NCBI GenBank assembly: GCA_037142735.1 | Contig: JBAXAB010000004.1 | Location: 1-52,039, forward strand | Reading direction: 5' to 3' | Source of the DNA: a bacterium | GTDB taxonomy: Bacteria > Patescibacteriota > Minisyncoccia > Phycocordibacterales > CAIZLB01 | Length of the DNA stretch: 52,039 bases | Shown here: positions 1-8,552 of the stretch, piece after piece | Layout of the letters: every line of letters starts with the position of its first letter | Numbering within the stretch: position 1 is the stretch's first letter | Made by a program: the position numbers and the translations under genes | Notes under the pieces: model-generated | The model's input: the letters and a program-made list of their open reading frames with translations, nothing else | Databases searched by the model: none | What the model was told of the DNA's origin: nothing

Positions 1-23
1 TTTGGGGTTGGGTTTGAATGCAT
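1..23 (-). CDS. Probable 5' end of a gene running off the window (MHSNPTP...)
   Basis: ATG at 23-21 lies 6 nt downstream of TATAAT (35-30), the same near-leaderless layout as many genes here; only 7 codons are visible. Confidence 0.35.
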
Positions 24-64
24 TCTTAGATTATATACTATTAGTTGGGATTTTCCATTGTTGG

Positions 65-91
65 CAGTTATCCGGAAAATCCGGATAACTG
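65..91. repeat. Perfect 12-bp inverted repeat (hairpin or operator)
   Basis: CAGTTATCCGGA-aaa-TCCGGATAACTG; no U-tract on either side. Confidence 0.7.
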
Positions 92-142
92 AATCTTCTC
101 TTAAAATGTGGGGTCATTGTATCTCTTTGGTAAGGTTCGGTC

Positions 143-174
143 AAAAAAAATACCACCCTACGGTGGTATTTTTT
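143..174 (-). terminator. Intrinsic terminator
   Basis: TACCACC/GGTGGTA stem flanked by A8 and T6 tracts; 8 U on the minus strand. Confidence 0.8.
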
Positions 175-235
175 ATCATGCCTGCCTTCGGCTTAGGAAT
201 TCCGTAGCTGAACAGGGCTTTCGCCCACAGGCATA
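143..235 (-). ncRNA. Putative structured small RNA (three-way junction plus terminator)
   Basis: ATGCCTG/CAGGCAT closing stem, GGGC-GAAA-GCCC hairpin, second hairpin with palindromic GGAATTCC apex; upstream TTGTTT-16-(TGa)TATATT promoter at 268-241. Confidence 0.5.
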
Positions 236-296
236 GAGCAAATATATCATTTCGTATAAGAAAAACAACTTCCTAAATACAAACTTTATTGTAAAA

Positions 297-1271
297 TTAC
301 CCCTCATCCTCCGCCTCCCCCACCTCCCCATTAAAATTCTGCAATGCATCCATAATCGGACCAAATTCCCCCAACATTACCCTTTCAATGCTGTGCCATG
401 ACTGTTTTATTCGGTGATCGGTAATACGGTCTTGTAAGAAGTTATATGTACGGATTTTTTCAGACCTATCTCCTGTCCCAATCTGATCTTTTCGGTTTTG
501 AGCGTATTTTTTAGCCTCTTCCTCTTCTTTTAGTTGTTGTAATTTTGCCATCAAAATTTGCATAGCTTGTTCACGGTTTTTAAGCTGACTTCTTGCGCTT
601 GTAGAACGAACATCAATTCCTGTTGGCTTGTGGATAAGTCTAACTGCCGTTTCCACCTTGTTTACGTTCTGTCCTCCTGCTCCACCTGAACGTGAGAATT
701 CCATTTCGATGTCTCCGGGGTTAACTTCGACGGTAATTTTTTTCTTCAAAGGTAAAACTCCAACAGTTACAGTCGAAGTGTGGATACGGCCTGATTTTTC
801 AGTGGCAGGGACGCGCTGTACGCGATGCACTCCTGTTTCATACCGCATGTATTTGTAAATTTGTTTTCCTTTCAGTTCAAAAGAAGCCAGTTTGTACCCG
901 CCCGATTCACTTTCTGAAATATCAATAGCCTCTGATTGCCATCCGCGGGTTGCGATAAACTTTAAATACATATTACAAAGTTCTTCAGCAAAAAGAGAGG
1001 CCTCTTCACCGCCGGTTCCAGGGCGTACTTCTAAAATTACTTCGGATGGAAACTCATCTTCTTCTTTATCCCTGTCTAGAATTCCTTGAATTTTTCCTCT
1101 AATGTCTTCAATTTGTACATCAAGATTTTTTGCATCCTCTTCGGCCATTTCTTTCATTGTTGGATCAGATTCACCCATAGCCAAAACCTCTCGTTTTTCT
1201 TTTTCGAGTCTTTCATATTCTGTGGCGAGATAGTTGGTCTCGTGATTTTTTTTGAGTGCTTCTATGTCCAT
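297..1271 (-). CDS. prfA: Peptide chain release factor 1
   Basis: [11 protein letters not shown] (GGQ), RF1-type PAT tripeptide in [26 protein letters not shown]. Confidence 0.97.
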   Translation of the reverse strand: MDIEALKKNHETNYLATEYERLEKEKREVLAMGESDPTMKEMAEEDAKNLDVQIEDIRGKIQGILDRDKEEDEFPSEVILEVRPGTGGEEASLFAEELCNMYLKFIATRGWQSEAIDISESESGGYKLASFELKGKQIYKYMRYETGVHRVQRVPATEKSGRIHTSTVTVGVLPLKKKITVEVNPGDIEMEFSRSGGAGGQNVNKVETAVRLIHKPTGIDVRSTSARSQLKNREQAMQILMAKLQQLKEEEEAKKYAQNRKDQIGTGDRSEKIRTYNFLQDRITDHRIKQSWHSIERVMLGEFGPIMDALQNFNGEVGEAEDEG

Positions 1272-1297
1272 GCGATTAATATATTATGTAAGTATAA

Positions 1298-1338
1298 AAG
1301 AAAAAACCACTATTGAATATCAATAGTGGTTTTTTCTT
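1298..1338 (-). terminator. Intrinsic terminator after rpmE
   Basis: 19-bp perfect inverted repeat AAGAAAAAACCACTATTGA/TCAATAGTGGTTTTTTCTT. Confidence 0.85.
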
Positions 1339-1346
1339 AAATTACG

Positions 1347-1574
1347 TTATTTTGTCTTTTTAACCACCTTCTTAGTACTTGCAGCACGAGCCTTGAATTT
1401 TTCTACTCGTCCAGCTGTATCCAATACCTTTTCCTGACCTGTATAGAATGGGTGGCAATTTGAGCAAATTTCAACATTCACAGCTTTCTTGACTGATCCC
1501 ATCTGGTAGACCGCTCCACATGCACATGTGAAAACTGCTTCTTTGTTATATTCTGGGTGTATATTGGCTTTCAT
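1347..1574 (-). CDS. rpmE: 50S ribosomal protein L31 (Zn-binding type)
   Basis: [13 protein letters not shown]...[16 protein letters not shown]. Confidence 0.97.
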   Translation of the reverse strand: MKANIHPEYNKEAVFTCACGAVYQMGSVKKAVNVEICSNCHPFYTGQEKVLDTAGRVEKFKARAASTKKVVKKTK

Positions 1575-1597
1575 AGTCCTAGGATATTACCAGAAGA

Positions 1598-2968
1598 TTA
1601 GGAATTCTGCAATATATCAATATTAGCCTGTAAAGTACCCGCCCTGTCCATAACCTGGTTACCATAGAAAGTATTTGAACCGCTACATGAGTGTCCTGAA
1701 TAGTACTTACACGCTGCATTTTTTTCACTTGCTGCTGTTCCGTTCCCAGCACCAAGGTCTCCCAAATACATAGCCGAGGCCATAATTGCATCTTGTGGAT
1801 TCCACGGATCAGCACTCGATTCACCCAAAGCACTTGCTACACGATTGTTAAATAGAACCCAGGTCGAAGGAATAAATTGGGCAGGTCCCATGGCTCCTCC
1901 GTATCCAACATCGAGTGGACATGAAACTGGCTGCTTTAACGGATCACGTCCGACCGCAGCGGTAATCTGAAGGAATGGTGCAATGTCTCGACTAGGTTTC
2001 ATCAAATTTGATATTGGATTTCCACTTTTTATCTTAATACCCGCTCCTGTTGTGGTATCAGTCAATCGACACGCGCCCACGTTTGCACCAAGGTTACTTT
2101 CCTGTTGAATAATGGCAAGCAGGAAGGCGGGTCGCACACCTGTAGATTGCATTGCCTTCTTGGCATATACCAATGCATCTCCGAACTTAATAGCCGGAGT
2201 GTCTCGAAGGGCAAACAAAGCATTTCGAATTTGAGTGGCTCGTGCCTGCTTATCATAAATTTCAGACTTGTATTGTGATTGTTGGGCTTTGTTTAAACTC
2301 AAGAGTTTCTTTTTTTGACCTTCAGAAGCCTGAATCGCCTTCTGCTCTTCTTCGACGTTTACTTTGGTAAAAATTTCTTCTTGGCGCTTGTCGTCTAATT
2401 CTTGCTTGACCTCCTCATTCTGAGCCTTAGCTGTTGTGATTTCATCTAACAAAACTTTCAAATCTTTCTTGATATTTGAGTAGTTCCCAATATCAACAAA
2501 GAAATCTGACATTTTTTGACCGCTCAAAACCGCTTCGATAGTTGAAAAATTGTCTAAGGCTTGGGTGCGTTGCAAAATACGAGCCATGGATTCTTTACTC
2601 TTGGAAATACGCTCGCTTAAAGCCTCGATGGTATTTTTTTTAACCTCAATATCCTTACCTAGGTTTTGAATTGAAATTTCATGCGCCCGAATCTTGAGTT
2701 TCGCTTGTTTAATCTGAGCGTCTAATATAGAAATGTCGTAGGCGTAACTACTAGCCTCTCCTTGTTTTTGTTTAAGGATGGTCTGCTGTTCTTGAATTTG
2801 CTGTTCAATCTGCGCCAATTCATTTCGAAGTGCTTTTTCTTGATCTGGAGTAAGGGCCGGGTTAACTGCGTCTTGTGCATATACGATAGAATTGGCAGGA
2901 GAAACCATTGATAGAGCCAATATAAGGACCAAAAGAGCTTTTAAAAAGCAACGCAAAATATACCTCAT
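1598..2968 (-). CDS. Exported lytic murein transglycosylase with long N-terminal coiled coil
   Basis: Signal peptide/anchor, ~220-aa Q/E/K-rich heptads, then AIIQQES (catalytic Glu), GAMGPAQFIPSTW, DPWNPQDAIMASAMYL. Confidence 0.85.
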   Translation of the reverse strand: MRYILRCFLKALLVLILALSMVSPANSIVYAQDAVNPALTPDQEKALRNELAQIEQQIQEQQTILKQKQGEASSYAYDISILDAQIKQAKLKIRAHEISIQNLGKDIEVKKNTIEALSERISKSKESMARILQRTQALDNFSTIEAVLSGQKMSDFFVDIGNYSNIKKDLKVLLDEITTAKAQNEEVKQELDDKRQEEIFTKVNVEEEQKAIQASEGQKKKLLSLNKAQQSQYKSEIYDKQARATQIRNALFALRDTPAIKFGDALVYAKKAMQSTGVRPAFLLAIIQQESNLGANVGACRLTDTTTGAGIKIKSGNPISNLMKPSRDIAPFLQITAAVGRDPLKQPVSCPLDVGYGGAMGPAQFIPSTWVLFNNRVASALGESSADPWNPQDAIMASAMYLGDLGAGNGTAASEKNAACKYYSGHSCSGSNTFYGNQVMDRAGTLQANIDILQNS

Positions 2969-2999
2969 GTATTTAGCTCATTATAGCATTTTTCCCAGA

Positions 3000-3038
3000 A
3001 AACAAAAAAACTGCCCCAGAAGGGCAGTTTTTTTGTTT
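3000..3038 (-). terminator. Intrinsic terminator after rplY
   Basis: AAACAAAAAAACTGCCC/GGGCAGTTTTTTTGTTT inverted repeat. Confidence 0.85.
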
Positions 3039-3049
3039 CGTATAAAATA

Positions 3050-3706
3050 TTATTTCTTTGCTTCGTCTGCAGGAGCCTCTCCTTCTTCTTCTTTCTTTCC
3101 TTTCTTTTCTGATAGTTCGATAGCGGAAAGGTCAACTGGTGCAGCAACCTCTTCTACTTCTTCCTTAGCAGCAGCAACAATTGCGATAATTTCATCAGCA
3201 TCTGTCTTTAATTCAACACCTGATGGTAAATCAAGATCACTGGCCTTGATTTGAGACTCAAGATCAACTAGTTTAGAAATATCAACCTTGATTTCGTGTG
3301 GAAGATCTTTTGGCATAGCCTCGATTTCTACTTCGTGAAGAACCTTCACAAGTAAGGCTCCGAAAGTCTTGACTGCTGCGGCTTCACCAACGTATTCAAG
3401 TGGAACATGGAGAGTAATCTTTTTACCTTTTTCAAGTACCAAAAAGTCAATATGGCGGATTTTACCAGACACAGGATCAAGATCCATATCATGAACCAAT
3501 GTTTCGTGTTCTGTTCCATCAAGGTTTGCGACAATAACGGTTGATTCACCGGCCTGGCGGAAAGCCTTGATAAATTCGATTTCATTTACAGTAACAGATG
3601 TTGAAGGGTTTTTAGGGCCATACATAACAGCTGGAATTGTTCCAGTTCTTCGAAGTGATCCTAATTTGGCACCAGGTGCGCGTTTTTCTAAGGCAATTGA
3701 TATCAT
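3050..3706 (-). CDS. rplY: 50S ribosomal protein L25/Ctc (long form)
   Basis: LRRTGTIPAVMYG, HIDFL, PKDLPHEIKVDIS, acidic tail. Confidence 0.95.
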   Translation of the reverse strand: MISIALEKRAPGAKLGSLRRTGTIPAVMYGPKNPSTSVTVNEIEFIKAFRQAGESTVIVANLDGTEHETLVHDMDLDPVSGKIRHIDFLVLEKGKKITLHVPLEYVGEAAAVKTFGALLVKVLHEVEIEAMPKDLPHEIKVDISKLVDLESQIKASDLDLPSGVELKTDADEIIAIVAAAKEEVEEVAAPVDLSAIELSEKKGKKEEEGEAPADEAKK

Positions 3707-3765
3707 AGTTCTGAAAGTATATATATATTTAACAAGAAATCAAGTACCCTCCTGTAAGGAAACCT

Positions 3766-4656
3766 TTACTTGATACGATTCATTATCTTTAGCTTTTCCT
3801 CAACGACCTTCTGCACTGCCTCAATAGATGTGGCCATTATTTTGTATGGGGCCACTTCATCCGGGTTTTTAGCAAGAGTATCTCTGACGGCATTACGAAA
3901 AGCGATGCGCAATTCTGTATTATAGTGAACAATAGTCATTCCGTTTTCGGACGCAGATTCTAGATCTGAAGAACTGATACCCGAAGCGCCATGAAGCACC
4001 ATCGGCATATTTGTCGCCTCTGAAATCTCCTTAATTCTTTTAATATTCAAAGCAGGGTTCACTCCACTACGTAAAATTCCGTGAACATTTCCGACTGCAG
4101 GTGCAAGCATGTCAACACCGGTAGCATCTACAAAAGCCTTAGCTTCTGCCACAGATGAAACTGTCACGCCTTCAGGGATAGCGTCTAAAATTTTTGATGA
4201 AGTACCAATATAGCCAATCTCACCTTCAATCACCACATCCCGTCCTGTAGTTTCTCGAATCAATTTTGCATATTCAACTGACTGTTTTGCAATTATGATA
4301 TTTTGATCCATTGGAAGTTTTGCACCATCTATAATTGCAGAATCAAACCCTGCATCAATAGCCTCTTTGACGCGTTCGAAAGAATACGTGTGATCAGCGT
4401 TGAGGAAAATTGGGTGATTATTGTATTGATCTCGATAAGCTTGGACCAAAGCAACTGTCTGTTTTACTCCTACGAAATCTCTTTCGCCTTCTGACACTCC
4501 GATAATAACTGGGACGTTTAATTTAATTGCTGCCTGAACAATACCCCTCAGGCCTTCAAGGTTTGAAATATTAAAATGACCAATTGAAATCTTTTTAGCT
4601 CGTGCATTTTCGATAGTCTGTCTGTATGTGAGTCCGTTTGAAAATAATTTATTCAT
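3766..4656 (-). CDS. fba: Class II fructose-bisphosphate aldolase
   Basis: FLNADH, EGEIG, VDMLAPAVGNVHG, VLHGASG, NTELR; start moved to 4656 (TGCTACAAT just upstream). Confidence 0.92.
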   Translation of the reverse strand: MNKLFSNGLTYRQTIENARAKKISIGHFNISNLEGLRGIVQAAIKLNVPVIIGVSEGERDFVGVKQTVALVQAYRDQYNNHPIFLNADHTYSFERVKEAIDAGFDSAIIDGAKLPMDQNIIIAKQSVEYAKLIRETTGRDVVIEGEIGYIGTSSKILDAIPEGVTVSSVAEAKAFVDATGVDMLAPAVGNVHGILRSGVNPALNIKRIKEISEATNMPMVLHGASGISSSDLESASENGMTIVHYNTELRIAFRNAVRDTLAKNPDEVAPYKIMATSIEAVQKVVEEKLKIMNRIK

Positions 4657-4691
4657 GGATATATTGTAGCAATATTTTAGATAAAGTTCGA

Positions 4692-4717
4692 CCCCGGGCA
4701 CGCGAACGCGCCCGGGG
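4692..4717 (-). terminator. GC-rich hairpin ending the orphan gene transcript
   Basis: Minus strand CCCCGGGCGCG-TTCG-CGTGCCCGGGG (UUCG loop, G-U pair); weak U-tract. Confidence 0.6.
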
Positions 4718-4748
4718 CCAGAATACTATAGGTGGTGTTTTTAGAAGA

Positions 4749-5363
4749 CTACACTTTTCGCTTCCTTTCGTCCTTGAGGATGAGCTCGCATGTGACGAAT
4801 CCACAGGCGTCGTTCACCCTGACGGTGTCAAGGAGACCGAGGTCCCTGACCACTGTAGGTTTTTCTCCGCCTTCACCGAGGCAAATCTTCATGCAGTGGC
4901 AGCCGTCTTCGAAGCGGCACAGTGCAAGATGATTTGGATTGAGTTTTGTACCCGATTCAATGCGCAGGCGTTGAATGAAGTGCTTGTTCCCAACGATGAC
5001 TGCAAACTCTAGGCAGCCCATCGTGATCGTGTCGAGGTTCATCGTTTCGCTCACGGCACGAAGCCCGTTGACGATACAATCCCTGTTGAGATCGAGATCG
5101 TTTGGTGTGCGGCGCGCAATCGCAGCCAGCGAAATTCTGGTCCTGAACCTGTTTGCTGCCGCGAAACCTGCCAAACTTGGTGGCAGCTCAACGTGCTCGA
5201 AACAGAGCGCGGTCGGATCATCAATCTCCAACTGAAAGAGGCTCTTGACAAAAAGTGGCGGTGGGCCAAATCTTGATTGAGGAACTCTTGCTACTTGTAA
5301 GGCGCCCATGCCGACTCGGCGAAGGCCCTCTACCCCATCTCTAACTACGACGAACTTTGCCAT
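4749..5363 (-). CDS. Hypothetical protein, GC-rich orphan (~204 aa, MAKFVVVRDG...)
   Basis: Open frame with own promoter and 3' hairpin; sampled line 5041-5100 is 32/60 GC, above the flanks; no family recognised. Confidence 0.65.
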   Translation of the reverse strand: MAKFVVVRDGVEGLRRVGMGALQVARVPQSRFGPPPLFVKSLFQLEIDDPTALCFEHVELPPSLAGFAAANRFRTRISLAAIARRTPNDLDLNRDCIVNGLRAVSETMNLDTITMGCLEFAVIVGNKHFIQRLRIESGTKLNPNHLALCRFEDGCHCMKICLGEGGEKPTVVRDLGLLDTVRVNDACGFVTCELILKDERKRKV

Positions 5364-5429
5364 ATTTGCGTTTTGTTTGATGTTTTCTTTTCTGTTTTTT
5401 GATCGTCGCCAGCAGAGATACCACTTAGC

Positions 5430-5559
5430 ACCCCCTTGAAACGACGCATCTGTTGCCTTTAAAAAGCAAAAAATGTGTCGTTTCAAGGAGTTAACCACAC
5501 CTAAAAATTTACAAAGAACTTGACCGGTAAATATTACAACCATACTTGGTTCTCGTCAA
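5430..5559 (-). promoter_or_regulatory. Sigma70 promoter, boxA-like motif and long leader hairpin
   Basis: TTGACG-17-TAATAT (5559-5531); GTTCTTTGTAAA (5519-5508); 16-bp near-perfect inverted repeat CCTTGAAACGAC(A/G)CAT at ~5434-5488. Confidence 0.6.
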
Positions 5560-5596
5560 GTGTGTTTTATAACCCCTGGTTGATACAATAATGTGC

Positions 5597-6598
5597 ATGA
5601 AAAATGACTTACAAAAACTAGACTTTGTGGCAATTGGCGACATTGTTATTGACTCTTTTATTCGACTGACTCATGGACACATTACTAATGACTCTTCCGG
5701 TAAAAAAGAACTCTGCATGCCGTATGGAGAAAAAATTCCATTTGAATTCGCAGAAGAAGTTCCTGCAGTTGGAAATAGTGCCAACGCATCAGTGTCTGCT
5801 GCACGATTAGGCCTTTCTTCTGGATTGGTGGTTAATATTGGTGACGACCAGCATGGGCAAGAATGTATTGATAGATTAAAACAGGAAAAAGTAGAGACTG
5901 AATTTGTGAATATAAACAAAGGCCTAAAGACAAACTACCACTATGTACTGTGGTTTGAAAAAGACCGTACCATTTTAATTAAACATGAAGACTACCCCCT
6001 TTCACTGCCTAATATTGGCTCTCCTAAAATGCTATACCTTAGTTCTCTCAGTGAAAAATCCCTACCTTTCCACGATCAAATTGCAGATTACTTAGATGCT
6101 CATCCTGAGATTAGATTGGTTTTCCAACCAGGAACATATCAAATCAAATTTGGTGCTACAGCATTGAAACGAATCTATAAACATACTGAATTATTTTTCT
6201 GCAACGTCGAAGAAGCTCAGATTATCCTAGGGACGGAAAGTCACGACCTACCTACCCTTCTTGCAGGTATTAAGACATTGGGCCCAAAAATACCTGTTAT
6301 TACTGATGGCTCTAATGGTTCATATACCTATATAGATGGAAAAGTAGTTCACCTAGCAATGTATCCAGATGTAAAACCTGCGTACGAGAGAACTGGGGCA
6401 GGAGATGCTTTTGCCTCTACTTTTTCAATTGCAATTTTGAAAGGGCTTGATGTTGGAACGGCCATGAAGCAGGGATCTATCAATTCAATGAGTGTTTGTG
6501 AATACGTAGGCGCACAAAAAGGCCTTCTGAATGAAGAGGACTTGATGAATTTTATGAAGAATCAGCCTGAAGGATGGAATCCGAAAAATATTGGTTAA
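5597..6598 (+). CDS. PfkB/ribokinase-family carbohydrate kinase
   Basis: GNSANASVSAARLG, FCNVEEA, ITDGSNG, ERTGAGDAFAS anion-hole motif. Confidence 0.92.
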   Translation: MKNDLQKLDFVAIGDIVIDSFIRLTHGHITNDSSGKKELCMPYGEKIPFEFAEEVPAVGNSANASVSAARLGLSSGLVVNIGDDQHGQECIDRLKQEKVETEFVNINKGLKTNYHYVLWFEKDRTILIKHEDYPLSLPNIGSPKMLYLSSLSEKSLPFHDQIADYLDAHPEIRLVFQPGTYQIKFGATALKRIYKHTELFFCNVEEAQIILGTESHDLPTLLAGIKTLGPKIPVITDGSNGSYTYIDGKVVHLAMYPDVKPAYERTGAGDAFASTFSIAILKGLDVGTAMKQGSINSMSVCEYVGAQKGLLNEEDLMNFMKNQPEGWNPKNIG

Positions 6599-6612
6599 AC
6601 TTCTGAATAGCT

Positions 6613-6658
6613 CAGTAAACAAAAAAGGTCTCTATTTAGAGACCTTTTTTGTTTACTG
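6613..6658. terminator. Bidirectional terminator between convergent pfkB-family and pilin genes
   Basis: 21-bp perfect inverted repeat CAGTAAACAAAAAAGGTCTCT/AGAGACCTTTTTTGTTTACTG. Confidence 0.88.
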
Positions 6659-6681
6659 GACCCAACAGATGTTTTTATTGT

Positions 6682-7236
6682 TTATTTATTAGAACCTAGA
6701 CAATAGTTAAGATTGAACCCACTTTTTTGTTCCGGGAAGTTTGTTACGGGAAGTTCTAGTTTAGTACAAATTGCATAGTCTTTTGGATCGTTTGTTACGA
6801 CAAGAGTAGTGGTAGCAAAATACGCACCTCTCTCAAAGTAGTAGAAAAATCCATCTTGCTCAGTACCAGAAGTGAGTGCTAGCGTATTAGTAGGATCTTC
6901 TGGGACCTTAGATATATATTTCGGCGCAAGTAATGATTTAATATACACACCTGCGTATGTACCTGAACCAGGACCAGGCGCGTTATTTAATTCTCCATAC
7001 CAAGTAGTACCTCCGAAACCAGCAGGTGGAGGATTACCACCATTATCAGACATATATAATTCGATAGCATTTCTCACCTGTCTTAAGTCTGAAATTCTTT
7101 TTGCGTCTCTCCCTCTTGCACGAGCAACAGCAAGACTAGAAAGAACGATACTTGATAGCAATGCGATGATGGCAACAACGAAAAGTAATTCTAGTAGAGT
7201 AAATCCGGTTTTTTTATTATAAATATTTTTTTTCAT
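6682..7236 (-). CDS. Type IV pilin / GspG-like prepilin
   Basis: Basic leader then G|FTLLELLFVVAIIALLSSIV; ARARGRDAKRISDL; PKYISKVPEDP; C-terminal Cys pair. Confidence 0.9.
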   Translation of the reverse strand: MKKNIYNKKTGFTLLELLFVVAIIALLSSIVLSSLAVARARGRDAKRISDLRQVRNAIELYMSDNGGNPPPAGFGGTTWYGELNNAPGPGSGTYAGVYIKSLLAPKYISKVPEDPTNTLALTSGTEQDGFFYYFERGAYFATTTLVVTNDPKDYAICTKLELPVTNFPEQKSGFNLNYCLGSNK

Positions 7237-7256
7237 TTTTTTTAAAGTATTAATTG

Positions 7257-7520
7257 CTACCATTTCCCTTCCTCCTCAATAATTAATGGAATTGGTTTTT
7301 TAAATTGTTGTGCTTTTTTTACCTCAGTCTTTGAAAAAAGGTAAAAAGCCAAAATTATACACGCAAGAGATACAAGTATGAGCAGAGCAATACCGGTTTT
7401 TGCACTTTTAATAAGATTATTTTTAATAAGAAATTTAACTAAAGGTGATTCTCTTTTATCGCCAAAGGATCCTCTTGAAAGAGGAGACATATCTTGGTTA
7501 TCAAATTCTACAGATGACAT
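7257..7520 (-). CDS. Small single-pass membrane protein
   Basis: One hydrophobic helix; start moved to MSSVEF (TATAAT just upstream). Confidence 0.7.
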   Translation of the reverse strand: MSSVEFDNQDMSPLSRGSFGDKRESPLVKFLIKNNLIKSAKTGIALLILVSLACIILAFYLFSKTEVKKAQQFKKPIPLIIEEEGKW

Positions 7521-7538
7521 TGTTTTATTATACATCCT

Positions 7539-8546
7539 CTATTTTCGCTTTACAACCTCTTCTATGGCTTTCAAGATATATGCCTCCCCCATGCCATAAT
7601 GTTCTATCAGTTCATCAGGTGTGCCCGATTGACCAAATTTATCATGAACACCTATAAATTCCATAGGAACTGGATGTGCCATATTAGTGGTCAAAAACTC
7701 TGCCACGGCACTACCCATTCCGCCTGCAACTTGATGCTCTTCAACTGTGACGATTGCGCCTGTTTCCTCTGCCAGTCTTTTTACCGCTTCACCATCTAAA
7801 GGCTTAATAGTTGATAGATTCAAAACCGTTACTGCAACACCTTTCTTTTCAAGTTGCCTGGCAACCATAATAGCTTTATATACGAGTGCACCCGTAGCAA
7901 TTATTCCGACATCGGCACGCTCTTTTTTAAGTAGAGCCTTGTTTGCCTCATAAAAAATCTGCGCCTTCCCTATTTCAAATGGAGTTTCTTCACTTGTAAT
8001 TACTGGAGTTTTTTCTCGGGCCAACCTTAAATACACAGGTGTCTTCTGACCTGACTCTGCAACAGCCATTGTGGCTTTGCGCGCCTCGATGGCATCACAT
8101 GGTGAAATAACAGTCATATTTGGAATCACACGAGTAATAGCGATGTCTTCAATGGCTTGGTGGGTTCCTCCGTCAGGACCCACAGAAACACCCGCGTGAG
8201 AGCCCGCAATAATAACCTTACGATCGTTATAACAAATTGTAGTACGAATTTGTTCCCAATTTCTACCTGGACTAAACATGGCGTACGAACTAATGAATGG
8301 AATTTTACCCATCGCTGACATTCCCGAAGCAACAGAAGCGAGGTTTTGTTCACCAATTCCGATCTCGACAAATCTTTCTGGAAATTTGTTTTTAAATAAA
8401 TTCATCATGGTTGAATCAGTAAGATCAGCACATAAGCCAACTACATTTTTATTTTTTTCCGCTGCCAAGACAAGTCCTTCTCCAAAACCTTTACGGATTG
8501 GAACTTGTTCAATATCTTTATCAAAAATTTTTGGGTTTAGTTTCAT
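7539..8546 (-). CDS. Transketolase, C-terminal (pyrimidine-binding) subunit
   Basis: EIGIGEQN, GPDGGTHQAIED, TIKPLD, VTVEEH. Confidence 0.95.
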   Translation of the reverse strand: MKLNPKIFDKDIEQVPIRKGFGEGLVLAAEKNKNVVGLCADLTDSTMMNLFKNKFPERFVEIGIGEQNLASVASGMSAMGKIPFISSYAMFSPGRNWEQIRTTICYNDRKVIIAGSHAGVSVGPDGGTHQAIEDIAITRVIPNMTVISPCDAIEARKATMAVAESGQKTPVYLRLAREKTPVITSEETPFEIGKAQIFYEANKALLKKERADVGIIATGALVYKAIMVARQLEKKGVAVTVLNLSTIKPLDGEAVKRLAEETGAIVTVEEHQVAGGMGSAVAEFLTTNMAHPVPMEFIGVHDKFGQSGTPDELIEHYGMGEAYILKAIEEVVKRK

Positions 8547-8552
8547 TTGATT

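Noticed and set aside
176-364. 62-aa ORF overlapping the prfA 3' end
   Set aside because: Overlaps prfA out of frame and runs through a promoter and structured RNA; no protein-like features
5364-5543. 60-aa N-terminal extension of the orphan ORF
   Set aside because: Starts inside the promoter spacer and translates the leader hairpin; ATG at 5363 is more plausible
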